Assembly (NCBI GenBank): GCA_038816475.1
Contig: JAWBAI010000008.1
Coordinates: 1,176-65,175, forward strand
Source of the DNA: Desulfurococcaceae archaeon
GTDB taxonomy: Archaea > Thermoproteota > Thermoprotei_A > Sulfolobales > Desulfurococcaceae
Direction: 5' to 3'
DNA: 64,000 nucleotides
In this document: positions 47,263 through 57,411 of the stretch, piece after piece
Layout of the letters: each line of letters starts with the position of its first letter
Numbering within the stretch: the stretch's first letter is position 1
Program-made: the position numbers and the translations under genes
The notes under the pieces: generated by a model
Told to the model about the DNA's origin: nothing
The model's database searches: none
The model's input: the letters and a program-made list of their open reading frames with translations, nothing else

Positions 47263-49164
47263 ATGCTCGTGAAAGAGCGTTCATTAGGAGCTTTCTTGCT
47301 GATATGCTTACTGACATCAGCTATATTCGCTGGTAGCTTAAATGGGTTTCTGAACTACGAGGAGGTTAGAACAACAGATGTGTATGCTCCAGCGGTATCT
47401 AGTGGTGGTCAAGGAGTTTTATCAAAGATTACTCTAGCTGTAGCTTATCCCGGCGAAGGTAGGGTATTTTTCTCAGCGTTACCCTATACAGAGGTTGAAA
47501 CTCAGGGTGCTGCAAGGATAGCTGCCTACATAGCCTCACTAGTAGCTGGTGTAGACTTCTTCAGCTACGACTATTACGTTCTTGTTGAATCCAAGGTTCC
47601 ACTGATTGGTGGGCCTAGTGCAGGGGCTTTGATGACGATTGGTCTTGTATCATTACTCTTAAACACTGAACTATATGGGAATGTTACCATCACGGGTATG
47701 ATCAATCCCGATGGAACAATAGGCCCTGTTGGTGGTTTAAAAGAAAAACTCGAAGCTGTAGCGAGTAGCGGGTTCAAGGTTTTCCTGATTCCTAGAGGAC
47801 AAAGAACCTACACGTACCCTGTTTACACGGAGCGAAGAATTGGAAGAGTAGTGATAAGAGAAGTAACCTACAGAAGCATCGACCTTGTTGAGTACGGTAA
47901 ATCACTTGGTGTAGAAGTAATAGAAGTTGGTGATATAGCTGAAGCTCTATACTACTTTACAGGATATAAACTTGGAATCTCAAACCCAGCGGCTTTAATA
48001 AACGGTGTTACTGAACAAAGCATTCTGTATCAACTAAAGCAGTACTTAGAAGAAATTTCAGGTGAGATCAAGTACTATACATCACTTGCAACCAGGATCG
48101 CTCAGAATATTGGAGCATACTACACTAGACAGTACTACATTAGCGTACTAGGTAGAATTAATCAAACCCTTGATCACTATACAAGCTTATTCAACGATTA
48201 TCCCTACTACGTATCTTACAAGCTCCTGGACGCACTTGAGCTAGCCACACAAGTTTACTATAGTCTCATAGACAGTACTACAGCTCTCAGCGAAGCTCGC
48301 CACGTTATAAGCCTAGTTACAGAAGGTGTACAGTCTGATTCTTGCACACTAGAAAACTCTATTGCACAGGGATTAGTAACAATGGCTTGGCTTTACTACA
48401 CCTACGCTGAAAACGCAACTGCGCGTGACTACCAGGTTGTATACCTATCTAAAGGTATAAGGCTTTCAGCGGAGGCAAAGCTTTATAATAACTTGAGTAG
48501 AGCCTCACCAATTAGCCTAGAACTAGTTTGCGGTACATCAGTTTATACTAGAGTGTATGCGCATGTAATAGCTGTCTACACCTATATATCTAAACTCATC
48601 GAAGATGTAGGCGCTGGTGAAGACTATCTCAGCGAGGTGGTACCCTACATGAATGCTCTAGACATAGCTTACATTCAGAACGACTCGTCGGTTTACGGCT
48701 TAGCAATACTCGCTCTAGCACACTCTACTCTAGCATTGCACAGCGCTTTCAGTAGCGGTAGCTACGTTGATTACAACCGCTTGTTTTCCATCTACGGAGA
48801 GCCGAAAAGCATTACTAATTACTTCCTTCTTCGCGCAGCTACAGAGGCTATAAACTACGAAGATACGCAAACAGGTCTAATGCTACTTCAACTATACGTG
48901 TTTTCATCTCAAGTAACTGCTGTTACCCCTGGATTACTTCAGCAGAGAGCAGTAAATCCGAATGAACCTTTGCCGGATCGCAATTTAACAACTCGTACAA
49001 GCGTGGTTTCTAGAGAAGTGGAAACAGAAGCGAGAACTAGTACAGAAGCAGGTGCAAAGGAACACCTTGATGTAGTAAAAGTAGGACTAATCATCGCATT
49101 AGTGGGACTAATCATTGCATTAGTAAAGCTACTGAGAAAGCTAGAGCTTTGGAAAGGGAATTAA
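47263..49164 (+). CDS. membrane-anchored Lon-like S16 serine protease without ATPase domain (COG1750-like)
   Basis: 633 aa; N-terminal TM, GGPSAGALMTIG (Ser) and GGLKEKLEAVASSG (Lys) Lon proteolytic-domain motifs, long Tyr-rich helical region, C-terminal TM. Confidence 0.7.
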   Translation: MLVKERSLGAFLLICLLTSAIFAGSLNGFLNYEEVRTTDVYAPAVSSGGQGVLSKITLAVAYPGEGRVFFSALPYTEVETQGAARIAAYIASLVAGVDFFSYDYYVLVESKVPLIGGPSAGALMTIGLVSLLLNTELYGNVTITGMINPDGTIGPVGGLKEKLEAVASSGFKVFLIPRGQRTYTYPVYTERRIGRVVIREVTYRSIDLVEYGKSLGVEVIEVGDIAEALYYFTGYKLGISNPAALINGVTEQSILYQLKQYLEEISGEIKYYTSLATRIAQNIGAYYTRQYYISVLGRINQTLDHYTSLFNDYPYYVSYKLLDALELATQVYYSLIDSTTALSEARHVISLVTEGVQSDSCTLENSIAQGLVTMAWLYYTYAENATARDYQVVYLSKGIRLSAEAKLYNNLSRASPISLELVCGTSVYTRVYAHVIAVYTYISKLIEDVGAGEDYLSEVVPYMNALDIAYIQNDSSVYGLAILALAHSTLALHSAFSSGSYVDYNRLFSIYGEPKSITNYFLLRAATEAINYEDTQTGLMLLQLYVFSSQVTAVTPGLLQQRAVNPNEPLPDRNLTTRTSVVSREVETEARTSTEAGAKEHLDVVKVGLIIALVGLIIALVKLLRKLELWKGN

Positions 49165-49259
49165 AGGTGCACCACACATTAGTAAACTCAATTAGACACA
49201 TGAAGAGGTACTCTGAGAAGAGGACACCTACCTCTACGCACGGCGTGTTTTCTACGCAC

Positions 49260-49505
49260 TCTACGTAGATTCTAGATATACTGCGAAAATACCGAATCTT
49301 CTACGCTCGTATGCTGATAAAAACATGTTGATTGAACCAGGAGAACCACTTGGATAAAGCATTCTAGATAGCCTTGAACTACAATATCACAGTTTACGAC
49401 GCTCTCTATATCGCCCAAGCGCTACACCACAATAAGCCACAGTTAACTCTCGATCAAAAACAGAGAGAAGTAGCAAGCAAAACAGGTATAAAGAGTATCA
49501 CTTAA
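49260..49505 (+). pseudogene. decayed PIN-domain (VapC-like) toxin gene
   Basis: frame ending at 49505 reads LNQENHLDKAF*IALNYNITVYDALYIAQALHHNKPQLTLDQKQREVASKTGIKSIT with an in-frame TAG at 49365; an upstream LYVDS... piece is in another frame. Confidence 0.5.
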
Positions 49506-49955
49506 AGAATCCAACACCTCCGGGTTACTCTCGATTCTCCCCACTGTAATCGCTCAACAACGGTGTTGAGAACTACGTTGAATACGCGCTCCCTCGCGGT
49601 TTGATTAGTAGTTTGATCTCTATGGTTTACCATTTAAAATACCTAGACAAACCCTAGTAAACGACACGGGCAACCACTTTATCCGTAGTAGGTGCGGGTG
49701 GGTTTTATTGTATGCTGTTAGTTGTCTTATGCGCGAGAGATAGCAAAATCGGTATTGGTAGAATCAAGAAGAGCATGGAAGTAGTGAAGAAGAGTTTAGC
49801 TACTGTAGTAGTTCTACTGTTAAGTCTACGTAAACAGCGTGAAAGCTTGTAAAATCCTTTACTGTTGTTTCAGCAGCCACTTCTTCAGTAATCAATATAT
49901 AACGGTGTTTCACAATAATGGAATTTCTGAGTTAAACCGGGAAGGGTGATAGCAA

Positions 49956-51089
49956 ATGTGGTTTCTAATGTTTTACGACCCGCTTACACTGCTGGTTCTA
50001 GTATTAGCCTACATTGTTGGTTTTTCAGTACTATTGCTAGTAGCGGGTGTAATAGCACCAAGAGTGGCTAGAAAGTTCGCAAGTAAATTCGCCTTGCAAA
50101 CATCGATGGCGATCATAGGTCTTCTGGTCATTGTTACAGGATTATCAGGCATAGGATTAATACTCTATGTTCTACTATCAATCTTCGAGTTCGAAGTAGC
50201 TGTTGGCTTGATATTAACCGTGATGCTGATCATCCTAGTACTGAACCTCTTCACGTACCTCATATCACCGTTTGCTATAAACATAATGTACGGTGCCAGA
50301 AGAGATGCTGAGCTACAGAGAATAGTAAATGAGGTTGCCATGAAACTAGGATTTAAGAAGCCACCTAAAGCCGTTGTAGTTGAAGGACCTCCAAACGCGT
50401 TCGCCTATGGTAGTATAATAGCTGGAAGATACGTAGCTGTTACACGTGGAATGCTAGAGATAGCCACACCAGAAGAGCTTAGAGCAGTAATAGGACACGA
50501 GCTAGGTCACCACAGACACAGAGACAACGCTGTAATGCTCTTCATGGGTTTAATACCAAGCGTACTCTACTTCCTTGGTATAATGTTGATCAGGACCGGC
50601 CTTATACTAACCTATGCTAGACACTACTACAGAAACTCCAGAAGAGGAGAGGGTAGTGGATTGCTACTAGCTGCTGTAGGTTTCATCGCAGTAGTCCTGA
50701 GCTTCCTGGTTCAAGTCCTAGTACTAGCGTTCAGCAGACTAAGAGAGTACTACGCTGACTCAGCCGGAGCCTACGCTACATCACATAGATCTATGCAGAG
50801 AGCACTCGCTCGAATACACCTGTTCTACAATACAAGGCCTAGAGCTCTTGAACCAGTAAGAACGAGCAAGTTGAGAGCACTGTTCATATACGCTTTCACC
50901 GAGGCATACGCAAACCCGTTCTACAAATACTACGACTACGGAGGTGTGAGATCAGCCGACATAGACCGCGTAGTTGATGAACTTAGAAAAGCAAAGCACG
51001 AAGACATATCGGAGTTCTTCTCAACGCATCCACCAATACCAAAGAGAATAAAGTTCCTGGACACTCTTGCATTCTACTCTAAGTATTAG
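49956..51089 (+). CDS. htpX: HtpX-like M48 zinc metalloprotease (membrane)
   Basis: 377 aa; several TM helices, HELGHHRH zinc motif. Confidence 0.8.
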   Translation: MWFLMFYDPLTLLVLVLAYIVGFSVLLLVAGVIAPRVARKFASKFALQTSMAIIGLLVIVTGLSGIGLILYVLLSIFEFEVAVGLILTVMLIILVLNLFTYLISPFAINIMYGARRDAELQRIVNEVAMKLGFKKPPKAVVVEGPPNAFAYGSIIAGRYVAVTRGMLEIATPEELRAVIGHELGHHRHRDNAVMLFMGLIPSVLYFLGIMLIRTGLILTYARHYYRNSRRGEGSGLLLAAVGFIAVVLSFLVQVLVLAFSRLREYYADSAGAYATSHRSMQRALARIHLFYNTRPRALEPVRTSKLRALFIYAFTEAYANPFYKYYDYGGVRSADIDRVVDELRKAKHEDISEFFSTHPPIPKRIKFLDTLAFYSKY

Positions 51090-51186
51090 CATAGAGCTCC
51101 TTCATCGGTGCTATCACAGAACACTACTACCGGGTTTTCAAAACCATTAAGAAGCGAAACAGCGATGAAGAATGAAGATGTGATTC

Positions 51187-51663
51187 TCACACTAGCACCA
51201 CTATTTTTCCTCCACCTTTTCTCTTAAGACGACGAAGCTCTTTCCAAGCACGTCTTCTCCCCGGTGTACCGTGGTAAGCTTCTCTTCGACTCCTCGCAGG
51301 CTTTGCGGGAACGTAGTCCAGTATTACTACTGCTGAGAGACTAACACCGTGTTCCTCTACTCTGGTTTTGATGTACTCGAGATCCTTTACAACGCTCTCT
51401 AGCATCTCTGAGCTGTAGGGTATTTCTATAAGGGCTTCCTCGGTACCTCTCATGGGGTCCAAACCGTACACGACTACTCCTCTGTATTTCCAGGCGAATT
51501 CCTCGATCAATCTCGTTAGTTCACCGCTTACTATGTTGGGTTTGTATGGGTCCAGTCCTCGATGTTTAACGTACTCTTCAAACTTGTCTAAATCGATAAC
51601 AACTATGAGTCCCGGAACCATAGGAGTTTCAGATTGAGCGTAGAGTTCTTCATTCCACTTCAT
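51187..51663 (-). CDS. hypothetical protein with GGDEF/nucleotide-cyclase palm-like motif order
   Basis: LIVVIDLDKFEEYVKHRG (cf. DxDxFK), RGTEEALIEIP (cf. GGDEF/GGEEF plus beta strand), C-terminal AWKELRRLKRKGGGKIVV (cf. AlYqAKasGRNavv); alternative start M15 at 51621. Confidence 0.4.
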   Translation of the reverse strand: MKWNEELYAQSETPMVPGLIVVIDLDKFEEYVKHRGLDPYKPNIVSGELTRLIEEFAWKYRGVVVYGLDPMRGTEEALIEIPYSSEMLESVVKDLEYIKTRVEEHGVSLSAVVILDYVPAKPARSRREAYHGTPGRRRAWKELRRLKRKGGGKIVVLV

Positions 51664-51689
51664 AGTCCAGAGGCTGCCCGCTTCATCAC
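51629..51689 (-). ncRNA. weak C/D box sRNA-like element overlapping the annotated ORF start
   Basis: minus strand: GTGATGA, 12 nt, CTGG, 13-nt linker, ATGAAGA, 14 nt, CTGA; non-canonical spacing. Confidence 0.25.
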
Positions 51690-51969
51690 CATGTAAAATT
51701 GTAATGCGTAGCGGATTTTATATACTTTACAGATCTTTCATGTACAAGTGATTCGCTCTACTTAAGCTCGATTGAAGCGTAGGAATCAACGGGGGGTGAA
51801 TACGCATTTTGCGTTGAACTTGGATGACTAAAACTTCAAAGTACAAAACCTGTTCAGTACTGATACTTATAAAAATGAAGTCAAGATAGCGTAATCTTGG
51901 AATTTGCGTGTAATAACGTATTTATGCATAAGCCTCAAATATGAATAGCATTCTACACCGTTATTTTGT

Positions 51970-52557
51970 TTAGAACTCTTCTTCGAACCCCTCCTCTCTC
52001 GGTCCTACTATACATCCTGTGTTCCATAGTGTTTCAGCTACTTGTTTCACAGCTGTTTCTACTTCTTTTTCCTCCTTAGCACCAGTAATAACCATTTTAC
52101 CACTGCTAAAAATGAGTAGTACTACTCTTGGATTTCTCATTCTGTATATTAAACCAGGGAATTGCTCTGGTTCGTACATGCAGTCATCAAGATAGTAAGC
52201 TGCTTTCTCAAGGTTAACGTACGCGTGGAGGTCACCACCGGCTACTATGTTCTGGATTTGAACTCTGGGTTTCCCCTCGATCTTTATACCGTGCTTTATG
52301 AGTGTTCTAATGATCTTCTTAACAGCCTCAATTAGCTGATTTACACTCTTTGTACCCGTAACAACCATTTTTCCTGATTTGAATATGAGCGCTGTAGCTT
52401 TGGGTTTTTCAACTTTGAAGATTATTCCAGGGAATAATTCTGGTTTATAGACAAAGTTCGGTATAGACTCCTCCAGGAGGTCTATGTCAATAGGGTGATT
52501 AAGTATAACTGTTGCGACAATATTTTCGATTCTAAAACTCCACCTTGGCATAGACAT
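51970..52557 (-). CDS. tbp: TATA-box binding protein
   Basis: two direct repeats (NIVATV...[15 protein letters not shown] / NIVAGG...[15 protein letters not shown]), acidic C-tail. Confidence 0.93.
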   Translation of the reverse strand: MSMPRWSFRIENIVATVILNHPIDIDLLEESIPNFVYKPELFPGIIFKVEKPKATALIFKSGKMVVTGTKSVNQLIEAVKKIIRTLIKHGIKIEGKPRVQIQNIVAGGDLHAYVNLEKAAYYLDDCMYEPEQFPGLIYRMRNPRVVLLIFSSGKMVITGAKEEKEVETAVKQVAETLWNTGCIVGPREEGFEEEF

Positions 52558-52656
52558 GAAAAACTCCCTTCTAAAATGCTAGCACTATAACCTATTGTTG
52601 AAGTGGCTTAAAACACGATTTTAATTGGAATCCCTGGTCAAAGAACTAATGCATAG

Positions 52657-54345
52657 CTAAAGCAATGTTAACACGGTTGCTATTACCAGGGGTGTTGCAA
52701 AAACATACAAGAGTAGAATTAAAGCTGTTTCTCGTATGCTCTCTTTCAGAGCTTCTTCAAGCTTAAATACGGTTAAACCAGCTAGTTTAAGGTTCATTCT
52801 TGCACTCCAGTAGAATGAGTCTTCATGGTAGTTCGTGTTCATCAGGTTACGAGCTGTTTCCTCAATGTCTCTTAAAAGCTCCGGTGTGTCGTGAACTGGG
52901 ATGTAAGCTATGTGTGCCCTGGTTGCTGTTTCTCCGTGCTCATCGTTTGTTACGACTTCGACAAAACGCAGACCAAGACTCTTCAGCTTCTCGAGTACCA
53001 TATTCCTAACGCCCGGTTTCATGTTGTTACCACGAAGGTACACAATGCAAGCTTCTTCTCTTCCTTCACCACTAATGAAGAATATGCAACCCTCTCCGTT
53101 AATTAGTCCCGGAGCAGTTGACTTAAACCAAGCGATCTTTGAGCGAACTCTAACAGGGTCTCTAGTCTTTTTCATGCTGTCTATGTGCTCAAGTACCATA
53201 TCCAGGAGCTCCCTTAGATCGCCGACTTCGCGAATTCTTCGACCTTCTTCAAGCTCCCAGTTGTGAGTATCTACAATTACAAAGTCTCCTAGACCTCTTG
53301 ATAAGGCTTTAAGTTCGTATTCTTCTTGAAGCTCATATGGAAGATCATCAATACCTTTCCCCGGTCTCGAGACAAACACTATGGACAACTTATCGAATAC
53401 TATGCACAACGCACTCCAGTCAGAGTAGTCTAGCGCGAAGGACCCATAGTACATAAGTGGCTCCTTGAACCCCGATGTGAAAGTCTCCTTAAGATTTCTC
53501 ATGTAATCGTTGACGAATTTCCTGGAGACGATATTCCTATCGTGAGAACCCAGCCCATGAAGAGCAACAGCTCTGACTCCTCTTACCTGAGTAAAGAATT
53601 CCGAAATGTGTTCTGGGAGTCTACTACTACCGATGTTCGAGAAAGGCCCGTAGTGAACATCGCTGTAAACTATCACGAAATCGGGGAACTCTAGAACTCT
53701 CGGGTGAACAGTCTCGTACACGCCTGTTTCCTCGAATACTCTTTCGATGCCGGTTCGTCTATCAAGCCAGTTCCTTAGAAAGAGAGTACCTATATCAGGC
53801 AGTCTGTAATTGTTGATCCTTCTTCTTGACATAAACAAGTATATAGCCATATCTAGTAGAGCTACTAGTACAGTCAAAGAAGCACCTAGTACAAGCTGTT
53901 CTCGCGATATTATGCCATAAGCACTGGAGACTACAAGTGAGAGCAATGGTGGAGCAGTAACAACAAGGTACCTAGCTGAGCACGTTCCATCCAACCCCAT
54001 TACAACAACGGATAGTAATGCTGTCGACGAAGCTACTGATACAACAACATCTTTCGTTAGAACAGTGTACACAGAGGAATAAACGGCCGCGGCTATCGCA
54101 AGCCCGATCACTCTCTTCATTTTCCAGAAGACTGTTTCACGGTAAATAACTCTGTAAGCTGAGAGAACAAGCATCGAAAACAGAGAACCCAGCATGATGG
54201 GAACAGATTTTTCGCCGAAAAGAACAACGATCAGCAATGAAATAGCGATGAGAAACGTAGCTAAGTACTCCCACTTAGGGAGATTGAACAACAAGAGATA
54301 GTATCTGCTGATGCTGCTTCTTGGTCGGTATACTTTGCTCTTCAC
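52657..54345 (-). CDS. archaeal integral membrane protein, DUF2070-like
   Basis: 562 aa; about 6 N-terminal TM helices, large soluble domain, terminal TM; family assignment from memory only. Confidence 0.4.
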   Translation of the reverse strand: MKSKVYRPRSSISRYYLLLFNLPKWEYLATFLIAISLLIVVLFGEKSVPIMLGSLFSMLVLSAYRVIYRETVFWKMKRVIGLAIAAAVYSSVYTVLTKDVVVSVASSTALLSVVVMGLDGTCSARYLVVTAPPLLSLVVSSAYGIISREQLVLGASLTVLVALLDMAIYLFMSRRRINNYRLPDIGTLFLRNWLDRRTGIERVFEETGVYETVHPRVLEFPDFVIVYSDVHYGPFSNIGSSRLPEHISEFFTQVRGVRAVALHGLGSHDRNIVSRKFVNDYMRNLKETFTSGFKEPLMYYGSFALDYSDWSALCIVFDKLSIVFVSRPGKGIDDLPYELQEEYELKALSRGLGDFVIVDTHNWELEEGRRIREVGDLRELLDMVLEHIDSMKKTRDPVRVRSKIAWFKSTAPGLINGEGCIFFISGEGREEACIVYLRGNNMKPGVRNMVLEKLKSLGLRFVEVVTNDEHGETATRAHIAYIPVHDTPELLRDIEETARNLMNTNYHEDSFYWSARMNLKLAGLTVFKLEEALKESIRETALILLLYVFATPLVIATVLTLL

Positions 54346-54495
54346 TCTTTCGCACCGTAAATGCAGTATTGCATAGACTTCATGAGAGTTAATGAGCTTA
54401 AAAGTTGAGTCAGGTTTTTCCTGAGTCGAGATTGTACAAGTACACCGGGTTAATAAGGAGTAAACTCGATCAGTTAATGCAACTTGCGAATCGGT

Positions 54496-55299
54496 CTAGG
54501 TTAGGTCTCCGCAGGCGCAGAACGCTTCGTGGACGAGTGCATGAAGGTACTGCATATCTTCAAATTCCTTTGCAGAAACCAGAACAGCTCTAAAGGGTCC
54601 ACGTGTCTTGTTTGCTATGCTCGCAAGGTCCGGTAGAACATCCATAGCCAACCCTTCCTCCATAGCTTTATCTAGGAGTTTCGATGGGTCCTCGATCAGG
54701 GTTTTCGCAAGATCAGGGTTTCTTGCTATATCACGCTTGTTTACCACCGGAACAGTAATCAAGCCTGTTTTCACCTGTAGTAGAACATACATGAACCAGA
54801 GGAACACTGCATCCGCGACGCGCTCGATAGCTGTGGCATCTATGATGTAAACGATCGCCGTGTTGCCTAGCTTAGCTAGCTTACTCAAGAACACTGTGCT
54901 CGAAGGTCTGAATATGAATGCTTCCATTTGACCTGGAGTATCAATGAGGATCAGGTCCCACTTGTCGATTTCAGAGAAGGGTTTTCGTGAGAGTATCTCG
55001 TCGGACATTTCAGCTATGAGCTCAGACGCCTTTATAAGTGCTCCGTTTGGTCCTAGCCCATACTTCTTCATGACATCCCTAACGGTGAACAGGTTTCTGA
55101 TATCGAACACGGGCTTGTAGAAAACCTCCTCAGCACCTGGATCTAGGTTTACAGGTGCCACTTTCAATAGTAAACGCTCTTTAGCCCATTTACTGTATGT
55201 TTCAACCAAGCTCGACTTACCAGATCCAGCGGGACCAACGAATACTACAATAACAGCGGGCATCACAAACACCGAACGTGGTGGGTTTACTAGCTTCAC
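54496..55299 (-). CDS. GPN-loop GTPase
   Basis: P-loop GPAGSGKSS, NLDPG, diagnostic GPNGALI motif, DTPGQME; alternative ATG at 55263. Confidence 0.85.
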   Translation of the reverse strand: MKLVNPPRSVFVMPAVIVVFVGPAGSGKSSLVETYSKWAKERLLLKVAPVNLDPGAEEVFYKPVFDIRNLFTVRDVMKKYGLGPNGALIKASELIAEMSDEILSRKPFSEIDKWDLILIDTPGQMEAFIFRPSSTVFLSKLAKLGNTAIVYIIDATAIERVADAVFLWFMYVLLQVKTGLITVPVVNKRDIARNPDLAKTLIEDPSKLLDKAMEEGLAMDVLPDLASIANKTRGPFRAVLVSAKEFEDMQYLHALVHEAFCACGDLT

Positions 55300-55403
55300 T
55301 ACAGATTAGGGGTATTTTAGAAGTACACCCCGTATACTTTACGACTACTGCACCGTACAAACCTATCCGGAAAAGATGTAAATAACGACGTACTAGCTCG
55401 CCT

Positions 55404-57227
55404 TTACGATTCTTCGCGTGGTTCTTGTACCTCGAATGCGATCTTCTTTAACTGCCTACGGTACATCTCTACCAACTCTTGGCTTGTTGTAGCATCTTCA
55501 GGTTTCTTGTCAGGTCTCCATCTAATGAACCTTGGGAATCTTATGGATATGCCTGCATCGGGTTTAACAGTACCTTTCGCACAGGTGTGTATAGGGGATA
55601 ATGTTAGTTCGGCACCTATAATCTCAGCTACCAGAGCTGGTTCAACCCATACGTCGGGTTCCATCTCAGCTACTACGCGTGGGTGTTTTCTATCCCTAAT
55701 GTAAGGCTTCAGTATTTCGGGTAGTCGATCGAGGTCTTCGTCCTTGAACCCTGATCCAACCTTGCAGACGGTTTCGAAGACGTCTTCTTCGGGGTTGTAA
55801 GCAGCCATTAGTAAAGCACCGAACTTTCCGCCTCTTCTACCACGACCGTAGAAAGCACCAACGACTACCAGGTCAACTGTATCAGCCATTTCGCTCTTGT
55901 AGTCTCGCTTGTACTTTATCCACAGCCAACCTCTAGCACCAGCTTGGTACACAGCATCCCTGTGAAGAGCTTTAACCATAACACCCTCAGCACCTTCGCT
56001 AATAGCCTGCAGGAAGAACTTCTCAAGTTCCTCTACGTTACTGGTTCTAATGTACTTCGCTACGAGAAAATCATCTGTTTCCTTCACGATCTTCTCCAGC
56101 GCTGCTCTTCTCTCCAGTAGAGGCTTTACAGTGTAGTCTTCTCCGTTAAGGTACAGCAGGTCGAAGAGGAAGACTTTAACAGGGTACTCTTTTATTGCTA
56201 CGTGAACATCGTGCTTTCTCTTCCTGTGCATCAACTCTTGGAACGGTTTTAACTCACCTGTCTCTGGATCGTAGGCAACAATTTCGCCTTCTACTATTGC
56301 TTCATCGGTTTCAATGCTTTCGAGAACCCTCTGAACAACATCGGGGTACTGGTGCGTTATGTCTTCAAGTCTTCTCGAGTATATCCAGACATTGCCTCCC
56401 TTCTTGTGGATCTGGGCTCTTTCACCATCGTACTTGTATTCTACAAAGCATTCTCCTCCAACCTTAGCTAGTATCTCTTTGGGGTCGCTTAGTCTCTCAG
56501 CTAGCATGGGTCTAATGGGTACTCCGACCTCTGGTTTTATCTTCCTCAGCTCCTCTAGGCCTTTCTCGGCGAGAATTCTAGCTACTTCTCCGAGATCTGC
56601 TCTCAGGTTGTAAGCTCTCTCGATTACCCCTCTCGCGTAGGCTCCTCCACCGTAAGCTGATGCTAGAGCATCCATGATAGTAGCATCGCCTATACCAACT
56701 CTTAGTTTACCCTCAATGAACCTGACAATGAACTTTGCCTCCTTTGGGGATGCATCCCTTAATAACCCTGCTGCAAGCCTTATCTTTAAGTCCTTGCTGC
56801 CTTCACCCTGAGTCAACGCGATCTTGACCAGCGTGTTGTAGACCGTGAGAACAGTGAGTTCCATTTGTTGCTTAGAGGCAAATGAGAACAAAGTTGTAGT
56901 CTGCTTAGTCATTAACCGTTGTTTGAGAGATTCAGCTGCTTTACCGAGGTCACCGAGGTTCTTAGCCAGTTGTTCAACCTCTCGCTCACTCGTATTGCTC
57001 GCTAACGCTATAGCCTTAATAAGCAATTTCTCCCCTAAACCTAGCTCAGGCATCTTCTTCCAGTCGGGCCATAGTCGACCTTGAATCATGTATACAACCT
57101 TGTCTACGATACTCGGCGGTGTTTGCTTGAACAGTGTAACAAGGTAAGCCACCATCTGCGTTCTAGCAGTAATAAGCTCAATTCTCTCCATTGTATCCAC
57201 TAGAATTCTCAGTGGCATATCAGCCAA
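55404..57227 (-). CDS. lig: ATP-dependent DNA ligase
   Basis: 607 aa; motif [11 protein letters not shown], adenylation plus OB domains, DNA-binding N-domain. Confidence 0.93.
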   Translation of the reverse strand: MADMPLRILVDTMERIELITARTQMVAYLVTLFKQTPPSIVDKVVYMIQGRLWPDWKKMPELGLGEKLLIKAIALASNTSEREVEQLAKNLGDLGKAAESLKQRLMTKQTTTLFSFASKQQMELTVLTVYNTLVKIALTQGEGSKDLKIRLAAGLLRDASPKEAKFIVRFIEGKLRVGIGDATIMDALASAYGGGAYARGVIERAYNLRADLGEVARILAEKGLEELRKIKPEVGVPIRPMLAERLSDPKEILAKVGGECFVEYKYDGERAQIHKKGGNVWIYSRRLEDITHQYPDVVQRVLESIETDEAIVEGEIVAYDPETGELKPFQELMHRKRKHDVHVAIKEYPVKVFLFDLLYLNGEDYTVKPLLERRAALEKIVKETDDFLVAKYIRTSNVEELEKFFLQAISEGAEGVMVKALHRDAVYQAGARGWLWIKYKRDYKSEMADTVDLVVVGAFYGRGRRGGKFGALLMAAYNPEEDVFETVCKVGSGFKDEDLDRLPEILKPYIRDRKHPRVVAEMEPDVWVEPALVAEIIGAELTLSPIHTCAKGTVKPDAGISIRFPRFIRWRPDKKPEDATTSQELVEMYRRQLKKIAFEVQEPREES

Positions 57228-57411
57228 AGCGAATCCCCTGAGTACTATATCAGGTTAAAGATGCTTATTAACAAGGGGCTACAATAAGGCACTTGAATGG
57301 TAACGACCTGAGCATTTTTCGATTCAACGAGAGTTAAGATCTACACCTGGGCTTCTTCTTAGTGCTTTGCGCTTTATTAATAAGTTGCTTTAAGGTATAG
57401 TTAAAACCTGG

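Noticed and set aside
43099-49955. Integrated element at tRNA-Lys
   Set aside because: I saw no integrase, no duplicated tRNA 3' segment, and the downstream genes look chromosomal. The vapC remnant alone does not define an island.
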